A stretch of DNA of 64,000 nucleotides from Alphaproteobacteria bacterium (GTDB lineage Bacteria > Pseudomonadota > Alphaproteobacteria > UBA7985): positions 11,271-75,270 of the forward strand of contig CBFIBS010000013.1 of NCBI GenBank assembly GCA_965660945.1, read 5' to 3'. Under the pieces are notes generated by a model. It searched no databases. It saw nothing but the letters and a program-made list of their open reading frames with translations, and was not told the origin of the DNA. Shown one piece after another: positions 48,089 to 58,762 of the stretch (position 1 is the stretch's first letter; the number at the start of each line of letters is the position of its first letter). Position numbers and translations under genes: made by a program.

Positions 48089-48799
48089 TCAGGGTGCGTC
48101 GGGCAGGGCCAGCGGGTCTGCGGCCCTGACGAAATCCAGCTCGGCCATGGCTTCGGCCTGCGCCGACAAATGCGGGAACGGCGCCAGATCGAGACCGAGC
48201 CGTTGCGCCCCCAGCAACTGCGGATAGACGAAAATATCGGCCGCGGACACGGAGCGACCCAGTGCGAAGGGACCATCGCTGCGGGCAAATACGGCGTCCA
48301 GTAGGCCCAGATTGCTGATCAGCATAGCCTCGATAAAGTCTTTCGCCTGCCGGTCAAAGGTGCCGTCGTCCTGATCGGAAAAGTGTGTCCGAATTGATCG
48401 CCGGATCGCACCGGGCAGGGTCAGAGGCTGGATATAGGACGAGACGCGTTCACAGATGGCGATGGCGCGGGCCTTGGCTTCCGGGTTCGCGGGGAAGAGC
48501 CGCCGGTCGCCGAGGTCGACGCCCCCTTGTTCTGCGAGGCTTTCAATCAGCGATACGATCGCGAGCGACTGCGTCAGCACACTGTCGCCGAAGACCAGCA
48601 CAGGCACTTGCGCATCCGGTGAAACGGCGAGGAATGCGGGGCTTTCCTGCTCCCGTGCCGTCAGGTCGATGGAATGATAATCGAAGTCGACGCGGTGGAA
48701 GCGCAGCGCAAGGATAGCCCGGTGCGTGCAGGTCGACCGCCAACAGCCGTATAGCTGGAACCGTGAGCCATCCTGTGCCGCGTTGTCGTTGCTTGCCAT
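48089..48799 (-). CDS. Zeta-class glutathione S-transferase (maleylacetoacetate isomerase-like)
   Basis: LYGCWRSTCTHR, QVPVL, LTQSLAI, IQPL, S.ADIFVYPQ and C-terminal PDAP. Confidence 0.85.
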   Translation of the reverse strand: MASNDNAAQDGSRFQLYGCWRSTCTHRAILALRFHRVDFDYHSIDLTAREQESPAFLAVSPDAQVPVLVFGDSVLTQSLAIVSLIESLAEQGGVDLGDRRLFPANPEAKARAIAICERVSSYIQPLTLPGAIRRSIRTHFSDQDDGTFDRQAKDFIEAMLISNLGLLDAVFARSDGPFALGRSVSAADIFVYPQLLGAQRLGLDLAPFPHLSAQAEAMAELDFVRAADPLALPDAP

Positions 48800-48926
48800 T
48801 GACCGTTCCCCCGCGCGATTGAAACCCTAGGATAGCCCCGCAGACTGAGACTTTGAATGGGCTTTCATTCCGCCGCACAATTGCTGATAGTCAGGCGGAG
48901 ATGCCAGACGGTTGAGGGTTAGGGCA

Positions 48927-50264
48927 ATGGCAATGGCGGCAGGCAATACCGGTCATGCGATCGAAGAAGCAGACGTTCTGGTTGTCGGTGGCGGCACCGC
49001 CGGTTTCGGCGCTGCGATAGCCGCTGGTCGCAAGGGCCTGCGATCCGTGCTGCTCGAGGCCACGACCAAGGTCGGCGGCGTCATGGCATTCTGCCCCGGC
49101 ATGCCGTGGGGTGGGGGCTATCCGGTCGATACCATCATCGGTGGCGTGCTGGAGGAGCTGACCGAGCGGCTCGCCGCCCTGGACCCGCCAGCGGCTGAAA
49201 AGCGTCCCTGCACGCTCGAGAACTTCGGCCCGGAAATCATCTACGATCACGACATTGCCACCCTGACCATGTTCGAGATGCTCGAAGAGGCCGGGGTGTC
49301 GCTGCGGCTCAACGCGACCGCGCTGCAACCGGTTATGGACGCCGCAGGCCGGCGGATTGAGCGGGTCGAGTGCTTCAACCGCAACGGCGGCTTTACCCTC
49401 CAACCGAAGATGGTCATCGACTGTTCGGGCGATGGCGATATCTCGGCCAAGGCCGGGGTGCCCTACGTCCTTGGTGACGCGCAGGGGAACATGATGGGGG
49501 TGACGATTTCCTTCCACATGCTCGGGGTGGACTGGGACCGGGCCTTTGCCGAGCCGGATCCCTATTTCACGCGGTTCGCCGAGCGCGGCGTCGCCGAAGG
49601 CCGCCTGCACCCGGATCTGGCCAAGCTCTACCTGATGAAGGGCTTTCACCGAGGTGACGTGTTCTGCAATTCGGTGCACGTGCGCGGGGTCAACGGCATC
49701 GACCCGGTGGCCGTGGCCCGGGCGACCCAGGAAGGCCGCCGTCGCTGCCACCAGCTGGCGCAGTTCCTGCGCGCCGACGTGCCGGGCTTCGAGCAAGCCT
49801 ATATGGCACAGCTTTCGCCTACGGTCGGCGTCCGTGAGACCCGGAAGCTCGAAGGCGCCTACCGCATCACCGGCGAAGACCTCGCGCGGGGCACCCGCTT
49901 CGCCGACGGCATCGTCTGCTGCGACAACCCGGTCGACGATGTCATGCGTGCCAGCGCGGCCATGACCCATGACGCAGCGGTGGCCGCGGGCAGCTACTAC
50001 ACCATTCCGTTCCGCGCGCTCATACCGGCGGAGATCGAAAACCTGATGTTCTGTGGCCGGATCGTGTCGGCGGATGCGGTGGCCTTCGCCTCGGTTCGGG
50101 GCATGCCGCAGTGCATGGCGATGGGGCAGGCGGCCGGGACGGCGGCGAAGCTTGCCATTGACGCCGGTTGTGCGGTGCAGCAGTTGGACACCGGCGCGCT
50201 GGTCGCCGACCTGAGCGCGCAGGGCGTGCGCGGGTTGGGTAATGCCGAGCTGATCGCCGGATGA
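48927..50264 (+). CDS. FAD-dependent oxidoreductase
   Basis: DVLVVGGGTAG, IDCSGDGD, GVRETR, IPFRALIP and CMAMGQAAG motifs. Confidence 0.9.
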   Translation: MAMAAGNTGHAIEEADVLVVGGGTAGFGAAIAAGRKGLRSVLLEATTKVGGVMAFCPGMPWGGGYPVDTIIGGVLEELTERLAALDPPAAEKRPCTLENFGPEIIYDHDIATLTMFEMLEEAGVSLRLNATALQPVMDAAGRRIERVECFNRNGGFTLQPKMVIDCSGDGDISAKAGVPYVLGDAQGNMMGVTISFHMLGVDWDRAFAEPDPYFTRFAERGVAEGRLHPDLAKLYLMKGFHRGDVFCNSVHVRGVNGIDPVAVARATQEGRRRCHQLAQFLRADVPGFEQAYMAQLSPTVGVRETRKLEGAYRITGEDLARGTRFADGIVCCDNPVDDVMRASAAMTHDAAVAAGSYYTIPFRALIPAEIENLMFCGRIVSADAVAFASVRGMPQCMAMGQAAGTAAKLAIDAGCAVQQLDTGALVADLSAQGVRGLGNAELIAG

Positions 50265-50473
50265 GGTGGTGTCACGGTTCCCGATACCGATAGCGATCCG
50301 CCGGGTCGCATCCCGATCCAGCCAAAGAAATTAACAATTCAAGAGCCGTTGTTTTTGATGGAAACCGGCTTCGATCTGGCCTGTAGTATTCTGACTGTCA
50401 GGTAAAGGCGTGGCTGCGCGGTTTTGTTGAGACACCGCCGGTAGGCCTGCAGGATTGGAACGAGGAGAGAGAG

Positions 50474-51448
50474 ATGTTTGAGTCAATTCCACGCTTGGGC
50501 ATGGGGTGTTGGGCCATCGGTGGGCCGTTCTTTGACGGCGATACGCCGCTGGGCTGGGGCGAGGTCGACGATGCCGAATCTATCCGTGCGCTTGAGGCCA
50601 GCTATGAAGCTGGCGTACGGTTCTTTGACACCGCTGCGGGCTATGGCTCGGGGCATTCCGAGCGGCTGGTGGGGCAGGTCTTCGGCGATCGCAGTGACGT
50701 GGTTATCAGCACCAAATGTGGCTTTACCTTCGACGAAGAGCGGCGGCAGGCGACGGGGTCGGTCCACGATGTCGAGGGCATCCTCGCAGGGATCGATGCA
50801 TCCCGCACCCGACTGCAGCGCGACCGCCTCGATCTGGTGTTCCTGCACTTGAATTCGCTCCCCATCGAGGATGCGAAGTCGGTGCTCGAAGCCTTCCACG
50901 TAGCCCGTGCGCGGGGGTGGATCGAAACCTTCGGCTGGTCCACCGACTTCCCGGACCGTGCGTCTGCTTGGGCAGGGGAAGAGGGGTACCTCGCCGTCCA
51001 GCACTCCCTGAACGTCTTCTTCGATGCGCCCAGCCTGATTTCGACGATCGAAGGGCAGGGCCTGTGGTCGGTCAATCGCTCGCCGCTGGCCATGGGTATC
51101 CTGTCCGGCAAGGACTACGGCTCGCAGGACTTCTCCAAGGACGTGCGCGCCAACTCCTTCGAGTGGTTGGACTACTTCAAAGACGGCAAAATTTCGGACT
51201 CCTTCACGCAGCGCCGGGACGCCGTGCGTGAGCTGCTGTCCAGCGATGGCCGAACGCTGGCGCAGGGGGCGCTGGCGTGGATCTGGGCGCTGTCACCCCG
51301 CACCGTACCGATCCCCGGCGCCCGGACCGAGGCTCAGGCCACGGCCAACGCCAAAGCGCTGGATTTCGGCCCCCTAAGCCCCGCCGTGATGGCGGAGATC
51401 GAAGCGGTTCTCGACCGCCCACCCGAAGGGCCGCCTCGGGAGCGCTAG
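50474..51448 (+). CDS. Aldo/keto reductase
   Basis: GMGCWAIGG, FDTAAGYGSGHSE, STK, SPLAMG and PIPGAR motifs. Confidence 0.93.
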   Translation: MFESIPRLGMGCWAIGGPFFDGDTPLGWGEVDDAESIRALEASYEAGVRFFDTAAGYGSGHSERLVGQVFGDRSDVVISTKCGFTFDEERRQATGSVHDVEGILAGIDASRTRLQRDRLDLVFLHLNSLPIEDAKSVLEAFHVARARGWIETFGWSTDFPDRASAWAGEEGYLAVQHSLNVFFDAPSLISTIEGQGLWSVNRSPLAMGILSGKDYGSQDFSKDVRANSFEWLDYFKDGKISDSFTQRRDAVRELLSSDGRTLAQGALAWIWALSPRTVPIPGARTEAQATANAKALDFGPLSPAVMAEIEAVLDRPPEGPPRER

Positions 51449-51474
51449 GCGCCCAGCCTCACAGCCTTAATGCC

Positions 51475-52503
51475 TCAGCCAGCCTTGAGGCCAGCGGAGA
51501 GGGCATCGATCAGCGGATCAACGTCACCGGGGCCGACATCGAGGTGGGTCACGAGCCGGACCTGCTGTGGCCCGAATGAACCGATCTGCACCCCGTGTTC
51601 GGCGCAGACCGCCGTCAACGCATCGCCTGTCGGCCCTTCCTGATCGATGGTAAAGAACAGCAGGTTGGTCTGCGGTGCGGTGATCGACGCGATATGGGGC
51701 AGGTCGGCGATGCGCGCCGCGATGGTGCTGGCCAGCGCGTGATCCTCGGCCAGCCGTTCGACGTGGTGGTCGAGCGCGTACAGGCACATGGCCGCCAGCA
51801 CGCCGGATTGGCGCATGGCGCCGCCCATCATCTGCTTGAAGCGCCATGCCTCTTCGATGAAGTCTCGCGAGCCGGCGAGGACGGCACCCACGGGCGCGCC
51901 CAGACCCTTGGTGAAATCGATCCACACGCTGTCGTATCCCGCCGCATGAACCGAGGCTTCCACGCCCGAAGCAACCACAGCGTTCATGAGCCGGGCGCCG
52001 TCCATATGTGTGGCAAGACCGGCCGCCTTCGCAGCCGCGGATACGGCGTCGAGCTGCGCCAACGGCCAGACCGTGCCGCCCTTGAGATTGAAGGTCTGCT
52101 CCACACACACGAGCCGGGTCCGCGGCGCGTAGCGGCTGGGGAAATTGACCCCGTCGTTCACGTCCTCGGGGCTGAAAATACCGTCGGTCGTATCCACCGG
52201 GTGGATCATGGCTCCGGCCAGCGCGGCTGGTCCGCCGCCCTCTGATGTAATCACGTGGCCCAGGCGATCAGCGATCAGCGCGTCCCCGGGCTGTAGCCAG
52301 ATTTTGAGCGCGATCTCGTTGCACATGGTGCCCGAGGGCAGAAAGACCGCGGCTTCCTTGCCCAGCAGGTCGGCGACGCGTTCCTCGAGCGCCCGGGTCG
52401 TCGGATCCTCGCCTTTCTGCTCATCGCCAACCGGCGCGTCGAGCATGGCCTCCCGCATGGCGCGGGTCGGCCGGGTTTTGGTGTCCGAGTAGAAATCGAT
52501 CAT
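51475..52503 (-). CDS. ltaE: Low-specificity L-threonine aldolase family enzyme
   Basis: DFYSDTKT.PT, PSGTMCN, HMDGARL, FTKGLGAPVG and GGAMRQSG motifs. Confidence 0.85.
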   Translation of the reverse strand: MIDFYSDTKTRPTRAMREAMLDAPVGDEQKGEDPTTRALEERVADLLGKEAAVFLPSGTMCNEIALKIWLQPGDALIADRLGHVITSEGGGPAALAGAMIHPVDTTDGIFSPEDVNDGVNFPSRYAPRTRLVCVEQTFNLKGGTVWPLAQLDAVSAAAKAAGLATHMDGARLMNAVVASGVEASVHAAGYDSVWIDFTKGLGAPVGAVLAGSRDFIEEAWRFKQMMGGAMRQSGVLAAMCLYALDHHVERLAEDHALASTIAARIADLPHIASITAPQTNLLFFTIDQEGPTGDALTAVCAEHGVQIGSFGPQQVRLVTHLDVGPGDVDPLIDALSAGLKAG

Positions 52504-52779
52504 GGCGCTGGGATCCTTCTCCGTTACTGCTGTACGGTCCTGATGGCCGGAGCCATACTACGCCGACCCACGCCAGACACCATGAGAATTGAGGGCAGGG
52601 CGTTCAGCGCGAAGGAAGAATGGTCCTGCGACAGGTTTTCTGCGCCAAAGGCCGCAGAAGCCGTCGAAGAAATGCCCCGAATGCAGTACATCAGACGGGT
52701 CGAGGATGACCGGTCTGGCGATGCGTCTGGCTGGCTTTGGCACCTGTGAACCTGTCGAGTCTGCATCAGGAGACCACCC

Positions 52780-54399
52780 GTGACCTTTAAGAACCCGGTT
52801 CTGCGCGGCTTCAACGCCGATCCCAGCCTGTGCAAGGTCGGCGAGGATTTCTACCTCGCGACCTCGACCTTCGAATGGTACCCGGGCGTGCAGATTCACC
52901 ATTCGCGCGACCTCGAAAACTGGGCGCTTGTCAGCCGACCACTCGGCCGCGCCGACCAGCTGGACATGCGCGGCAATCCCGACGGCTGCGGGGTCTGGGC
53001 GCCGGCGCTGAGTTACGCCGACGGCCTGTTCTGGCTGATCTACACAAACGTCCGCCGCTTTGACGGCAATTACAAGGATACGCCCAACTACCTGACCACC
53101 GCGCCCGCGATCGACGGTCCGTGGTCCCCCGGCATCTACCTGAACAATTCCGGCTTTGACCCGTCCCTGTTCCACGATGACGATGGCCGCAAATACCTGC
53201 TCAACATGGTCTGGGATCACCGCGCGACCCTTCCCGGGCGACAGCCGCCAGCGGACCTGTTCGGCGGCATTCTGATGCAGGAGTACGATCACGCACAGCA
53301 GCGCTTGATCGGGAAGGTCCGCAAGATCTTCCACCGCAGCCCGATCGGCATGACCGAGGCCCCGCATATCTTCAAGCGAGACGGTTTCTACTACCTGATC
53401 ACCGCGGAGGGCGGCACCGGCTACGACCACGCCGTCACCCACGCCCGGTCGCGGGACATCAATGGTCCCTATGAGATCCATCCGCAGAACCCGGTGCTGA
53501 CTACAGCAGGCAGCGACCACGGTATCCAGCGCGTCGGCCACGGCCAGCTTGCCGATCTGGGCGACGGTACGGCTGTGCACAGTTTCCTGTGTTCCCGCCC
53601 GGTCGAAACCGGGGTCACCGGCGCTTCGGGGGAGACACGACGCTCTCCTATGGGTCGCGAAGCCGGGCTGGTTCGCCTGCGCTTTCGCGAGGATGGCTGG
53701 GTCGAGCCGGTGGCCGCCGAAGACCTGCCGCTGCAGGACCGCGCCGAACCCGTCGCGCCGCAGGCTGTCGACTATGACTTCGCAACCCCTGACGGCCTGC
53801 CCATGGATTTCCAATGGCTGCGGTCACCCCAGCCTGAGCGGCTGTTTTCCCTGACTGAGAACCCCGGTCGCCTGACCCTGTTCGGGCGGGAGTCCATTGG
53901 CAACTGGTTCGAGCAGGCGCTGGTCGCACGGCGCAGGACGGAGTTCCGCTGTAGCTTCGAGACCAGCATGGAATTCGAACCTGCGGATTTCCAGCAGATG
54001 GCCGGGCTGGTCGTCTACTACAACCGTCAGATGTTCCACTACCTCTGCGTCAGTCAGGACGACGAAGGCGTCAAACGCCTGATGATCCAATCGACGATCA
54101 AGGGCTGGCCCGACTGTCCTCTCGATTTCCCGGTGGGCGAGGGCGAGGAGGTTCCGCGCGGCGAGCCGCTGCTGCTTGGGGTCGATATCAACGATGATGC
54201 GCTGCAGTTCCGATTTCGCCTCGAGGGGCGCGAATGGACGCCGGTAGGCCCGATTCTGAGCAGCTTCGAAATCTCTGACGAGGGCGGACGGGGCGAGCAC
54301 GCCAACTTTACCGGTACTTTCATCGGCATGGCGGCGCAGGATCTGACCGGCCAGGCGCGGCAGGCAACGTTTGCCGCAGCCCGCTACACGGAAGGCTGA
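52780..54399 (+). CDS. GH43 beta-xylosidase/arabinofuranosidase with C-terminal beta-sandwich
   Basis: NPVLRGFNADPS, STFEWYPG, WAP, FDPS, TEAPH and FTGTFIGM motifs; no signal peptide. Confidence 0.93.
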   Translation: MTFKNPVLRGFNADPSLCKVGEDFYLATSTFEWYPGVQIHHSRDLENWALVSRPLGRADQLDMRGNPDGCGVWAPALSYADGLFWLIYTNVRRFDGNYKDTPNYLTTAPAIDGPWSPGIYLNNSGFDPSLFHDDDGRKYLLNMVWDHRATLPGRQPPADLFGGILMQEYDHAQQRLIGKVRKIFHRSPIGMTEAPHIFKRDGFYYLITAEGGTGYDHAVTHARSRDINGPYEIHPQNPVLTTAGSDHGIQRVGHGQLADLGDGTAVHSFLCSRPVETGVTGASGETRRSPMGREAGLVRLRFREDGWVEPVAAEDLPLQDRAEPVAPQAVDYDFATPDGLPMDFQWLRSPQPERLFSLTENPGRLTLFGRESIGNWFEQALVARRRTEFRCSFETSMEFEPADFQQMAGLVVYYNRQMFHYLCVSQDDEGVKRLMIQSTIKGWPDCPLDFPVGEGEEVPRGEPLLLGVDINDDALQFRFRLEGREWTPVGPILSSFEISDEGGRGEHANFTGTFIGMAAQDLTGQARQATFAAARYTEG

Positions 54400-54702
54400 G
54401 CGGAGGCTGGCGAGGAACTTTGATCAGGGGGCGATTACGCCCTGACTTATCGACGGAAACCGCAACCCAAAGACTAATATTGTGGATTATTCCAATTTTT
54501 TGATTGGTAGTGTGTCTCTCCGGTCCAACATCAACGGGCGAATCGGCGGTTCGTGTGAAGGATCTTGGGCCTATCCTCCCGCTGATTATGGAAACGCCAG
54601 ACCTGGCACAGGTCATGCACGAACGGCACTTGCGTATCGATGCCACGGCCACTGGCCGGAAATGCTTCGCTTTTGCTTATTGGCAGCGGAAAGCGGCATG
54701 GC

Positions 54703-54742
54703 AAAAAAAGATCCGGGCCGCCGTAAGTGCAGCAGCCCAGAT
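54703..54742 (-). terminator. Rho-independent terminator
   Basis: Minus strand ATCTGGGCTGCTG...CGGCGGCCCGGAT followed by CTTTTTTT. Confidence 0.7.
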
Positions 54743-54806
54743 TAATCAGATTGACAGGGTGCCCGTCGCAACAAAAGCAGCGCCGGGCACCCAGCAATTG
54801 CTGGGA

Positions 54807-56114
54807 CTACTGACGCGACTCTTCCAGCGCCTCGTTGGCTTCGATAGCGAGGTCTTCCAGGATCGTCATGTAGTCACCGCCTTCGATGATTTCAGCCAGA
54901 GCCGGGCCAGCCAGACGGCGAACGTTCTGGTAAGCAGCAACTGAGGCTTCGATCTTGCCGTACGGCAGGTACTGCGCACCAGCAGCCCACTGCGGCTTAG
55001 CTTCACGGTGTGCTTCCAGCATGTCCAGTGAAGCAAGGTTCGCAGGGTAATAGTCGGACTGAGTGATGAAATACGCCTGGGCTAGCGCACCTGCCCAATG
55101 CTGCATCCACAGGAATGAAGCAACTTCTTCTTCTGGTGTGGACTCAAACACGTTCCAGTCAGGACCAAACTGGTTCACGACCGGCTCTGCGGTGACGTGC
55201 GGCAGTGGCACCACAGTCCAGTTGTGGCCGGAGCCTTCAGCGGTCGCGGCAGCCCAATAGTCCATACCGGAGGATGAGCCGAGAATCATCATGGCAACGC
55301 CGTTACCAAAGTCGCTGGTTTCACCGTAACGCTCTGCGGGCATACGCAGGCAGCCTTTTTCCGCCATTTCAGAGATTACCGCGCCAGCTGCCATGGATTC
55401 TTCACTGTCGTACATGAAGGCGTCTTCCGCGATGTCGAAGACTTCGCCGCCCTGAGCGAAGATAAACGAACCCAGCCGCGACGCATCAGCACCGAACATC
55501 ATGCCGATCGGCGCGGTCTCAGCGTCGGCAGTCTTCGAGAACGGGCTTGCCGAAGCAGCGCAAGCAGCAGCGATCAGCTCGGTGGGGTTGCTTGGAGCGT
55601 CGAGACCCAGCTCTGCCAACCAGTCCAGGTTGACGGCCATTACGTCCATGGAGGTCCGGGTTGGGAAGCCCAGGCGAGCACCGCCGTGGTCTGGGTGAAT
55701 GCCCGCGTCCCACTTGCCCGGAGCGATTTCGCTCAACAGTTGCTCGGACGGAGCCCACTTTTCGGAATCGAACAGCGGCTGCAGGTCGATCAACGCGTCA
55801 GCGTTTTCCCAAGCCGCGGCCTGGTTCTGATAGCCAACCGCGATGTTCGGCAGCTCATCAGTGCCAATCAGGTTCATAACCTTGTCATAGATTTCACCGT
55901 AACCACCGGCAGAAACGCCGGTTACGGTGATGCCGTAGGGGTTGGTGGCATTGAAGCTCGCGATGATAGCGTCGAGAGCAACGGCTTCACCACGAGTCTG
56001 GCGATACCAAACCGTGATTTCGGCGCCGCTTGGGTCAATGTCATCGTAGTTCTGAGCAATGGCTGCAGAGGCGAAGAAAGGCAGCGCGGCGGCTGCAATC
56101 ATAAACTTCTTCAT
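54807..56114 (-). CDS. Carbohydrate/glycerol-3-phosphate-type ABC substrate-binding protein
   Basis: Real start MKKFMIAAAALPFFASAAIA at 56114 with AGGAGA RBS; FNATNPYGITV and P.IAVGY motifs. Confidence 0.88.
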   Translation of the reverse strand: MKKFMIAAAALPFFASAAIAQNYDDIDPSGAEITVWYRQTRGEAVALDAIIASFNATNPYGITVTGVSAGGYGEIYDKVMNLIGTDELPNIAVGYQNQAAAWENADALIDLQPLFDSEKWAPSEQLLSEIAPGKWDAGIHPDHGGARLGFPTRTSMDVMAVNLDWLAELGLDAPSNPTELIAAACAASASPFSKTADAETAPIGMMFGADASRLGSFIFAQGGEVFDIAEDAFMYDSEESMAAGAVISEMAEKGCLRMPAERYGETSDFGNGVAMMILGSSSGMDYWAAATAEGSGHNWTVVPLPHVTAEPVVNQFGPDWNVFESTPEEEVASFLWMQHWAGALAQAYFITQSDYYPANLASLDMLEAHREAKPQWAAGAQYLPYGKIEASVAAYQNVRRLAGPALAEIIEGGDYMTILEDLAIEANEALEESRQ

Positions 56115-56275
56115 AGAATTTCTCCTGTTTGGTCGTTTACGCCGCTTACAAGTTGGTGAGGGTAACCGGCGCCTGATTTGCCTTACCGACTGAACATTAC
56201 AAGCAAATGAGAACTGAGGGGGTTGAGGGTTTAAAAGCAAGAGAAGCCGAGTGTGATGACATTTTAATGACAGTG

Positions 56276-57349
56276 CTACTTGATGCCAACGCGTGCGAGT
56301 GAATCGGTAAATTGCCGAACGGCAATTGAATAGGCGATCAGAACTGGAAGGACGACGATAAGGGCGCCTGCCATTTGTGCCGGGATGTGGCTGATATAGT
56401 CGTTGGACAACTCGCGCAGGCCGACGGAGAGGGTGTATTTCGGATCGGCCCCGGTCTGCGTCAGAATCGGCCAGGCGTAAGAATTCCATGACCAGATAAA
56501 AGCCAGAACGCCAATGGTCGAAAACGCCGGCACGGATAGCGGTACCACCACGCGGACAAAGTACTGTAAATGATTGGCGCCATCGAGCTTGGCCGCCTGC
56601 CACAGTTCGTCGGGAAGCTGGATAAAGAACTGCCGGAAGAGGAAAATGGAATAAGCATTGCCGATGATCGGCAGGATCATGACCTGATAGGTGTTGAGCA
56701 GGGTCTTTGGTGGCCAAAGCTCATCGGCCAAAACCGTACCAAAGTCGGCATTGACCACACCGGCGATGGTCAGCATGCCCATAAACGCAAGCAAACCAGC
56801 AAAGGTCAGTGGCCAAATCAGGATCTGCCGGGCCGTCAGGGTAGCAACCACACTTAGCAAGGCGTAGAGCAACAGCGTCACAGCGGTAGCGATCAACATC
56901 AATGTCATGATGTTCAGCACTGAGATTCCGAAAATCTGGCCCTTGATTACAGTGAAAGTCGGAGTGATCAGCACCGCTTCAGGCACCATCAGCGTGATCA
57001 GCAAAAGCAGAAACGACAGCCGCTTTCCCCGAAAGGAGATGGCCGCAAACGCATAGCCCGCAAGCGCGCAGAAAACCACCTGCCCAAGAGTGCTGAACAG
57101 CGTCACCACCACTGTGTTGATGGCGTAGAGCCAAAAGCGGCCATAGGCCCAGGCCGTCTCCAGATTTTCGAAGATCAGGAAGGTCTCCGGCCACCAGGTG
57201 GAGGCGTTTATTGCCTCGTACTGGCTCATTCCAGAGAGTAGCAGCATGTAAACAAAGGGCACCAGCGACAGGAACCCGGCCAGCCCGAGGATGGCGTACC
57301 GGAGGAGGTCACCGGCTTCGAAACGATAGGCGTCTTCGTTGTTAGCCAT
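56276..57349 (-). CDS. Carbohydrate ABC permease (MalG/UgpE-like)
   Basis: FRQFFIQLPDELWQAAKLDGA EAA loop and FIWSWN. Confidence 0.92.
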   Translation of the reverse strand: MANNEDAYRFEAGDLLRYAILGLAGFLSLVPFVYMLLLSGMSQYEAINASTWWPETFLIFENLETAWAYGRFWLYAINTVVVTLFSTLGQVVFCALAGYAFAAISFRGKRLSFLLLLITLMVPEAVLITPTFTVIKGQIFGISVLNIMTLMLIATAVTLLLYALLSVVATLTARQILIWPLTFAGLLAFMGMLTIAGVVNADFGTVLADELWPPKTLLNTYQVMILPIIGNAYSIFLFRQFFIQLPDELWQAAKLDGANHLQYFVRVVVPLSVPAFSTIGVLAFIWSWNSYAWPILTQTGADPKYTLSVGLRELSNDYISHIPAQMAGALIVVLPVLIAYSIAVRQFTDSLARVGIK

Positions 57350-57352
57350 GGT

Positions 57353-58762
57353 CTACAAATCCGAATTCAGTCGACGACCGGCGAGGATAAACTGCGCCGC
57401 GGTGATGAGCAGGATCAGGAAGAATAGTAGCACGCCCATAGCAGCCGCTTCGCCGAAGTCTCCCGACCGCAGCTCCTGAAAAACAAAGATCGATGCCACG
57501 ATTAGACTTTCATTCCGGCCACCGGTCTGCTCGAACATAACAAAAGTGTGGTTGAAGGCTTGGAAGGTCCCGATCAGCCCAGTCAGGGCAAGGAAGAAGA
57601 TCACCGGTGACAGCAGCGGGAAGGTAATTCGGGTGAAGGACTGCCAACGGCTGGCCCCATCAATTTCAGCGGCCTCGTACAGGTCTTTGGGAATAGCGGT
57701 CAGCCCGGCAAGCAGGATCACCGCATTATACCCGGTATACGACCAGATCCCGAACATCATCACCGTGATCAGGCCGATCGTTGGCCCGCCTGCGAGCCCT
57801 ACCCACTCAAGACCGAACAAGGCCTGCATGATCGGGGTCTCGTTGGTGAGCCACTGCATGGGGCTGATCCCGAGCTGGCCGAGAATACGATTGATCAACC
57901 CGCTCGAACGCTCGCGAAAAATGACGCTGAAGACCGTCGCCATGGCCACCGCTGGGGTGATGTAAGGAAGAAAGATGAGGTAGCGGAACAGCCCGTCACC
58001 GCGCAGACGGCGATAGAGCCCGAAGGCGATGATGAGTCCCAGCGAAATCTGGATGAATACGACACCGACAGAGTAAAACAGCGTGCTGATCAGGCTGGCG
58101 AGGAAATCCTCGTTGCCGGCGATTATCATCCGGTGCCATGCCAGCGCTAGCGCCGAGCAGGCCAGTACCAGAACGGCTAAGCCGACAACGCGGTTGACCC
58201 AGCGTGTCAGACGCTTCCACGGTAAAAACAGGATCAAACCGGCCAATGCGACCAGCAGGCCAGCGTGCAACAGGAACTGATGAGCAGCACCACCGACCAG
58301 CAGCAGTTGTTCACTCTCTTCGCCCCTCCAATTTTCGAAGGTCGCCCGCTTGAAGTCCCTGATCTCACGCTTTTCTGTTAGCTCTGGAAAGCGCGCGATG
58401 GCGTCAACGAGGAAATTCCGCGCCCATAGCGACCCGGCTGCCGCGATTAGCAGCAATCCGCCGAGCAGATTGCGCCGGAAGCCCTCGGTCAGCGCACGAG
58501 CAGGCTGGTTGAACAACCAGACCCCGCCAATCAATAACGCAAGGCAGGTAAAGAACATTACCCCCGGGCCCCACTCGCCTAGCAGGTCGGCATAGTGTTC
58601 AAGCCCAAGGAAGCGATCCCGGATTGGCTTCCAGCGGTGTACACTCATGAACCCAGCGATCAGGATCGGTGCAATTTGCCACATGATCAGCATCAATAGG
58701 CCCGGCCCTGCAAACCACCAACCGATGGTACCTTTGCTGAAGAGCCGTGAAATCAGTGTCAT
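57353..58762 (-). CDS. Carbohydrate ABC permease (MalF/UgpA-like)
   Basis: IPKDLYEAAEIDGASRWQSFTRITFPLLSP EAA loop. Confidence 0.92.
   Translation of the reverse strand: MTLISRLFSKGTIGWWFAGPGLLMLIMWQIAPILIAGFMSVHRWKPIRDRFLGLEHYADLLGEWGPGVMFFTCLALLIGGVWLFNQPARALTEGFRRNLLGGLLLIAAAGSLWARNFLVDAIARFPELTEKREIRDFKRATFENWRGEESEQLLLVGGAAHQFLLHAGLLVALAGLILFLPWKRLTRWVNRVVGLAVLVLACSALALAWHRMIIAGNEDFLASLISTLFYSVGVVFIQISLGLIIAFGLYRRLRGDGLFRYLIFLPYITPAVAMATVFSVIFRERSSGLINRILGQLGISPMQWLTNETPIMQALFGLEWVGLAGGPTIGLITVMMFGIWSYTGYNAVILLAGLTAIPKDLYEAAEIDGASRWQSFTRITFPLLSPVIFFLALTGLIGTFQAFNHTFVMFEQTGGRNESLIVASIFVFQELRSGDFGEAAAMGVLLFFLILLITAAQFILAGRRLNSDL

Noticed and set aside
52543-52749. 68-aa ORF upstream of GH43
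   Set aside because: No recognisable features; more likely divergent promoter DNA.
54482-54800. Small ORFs between GH43 and the SBP gene
   Set aside because: No RBS or recognisable motif; they overlap a terminator.
56115-56717. 201-aa N-terminal extension of the SBP in the ORF track
   Set aside because: It overlaps the permease in another frame; the signal peptide and RBS identify 56114 as the start.
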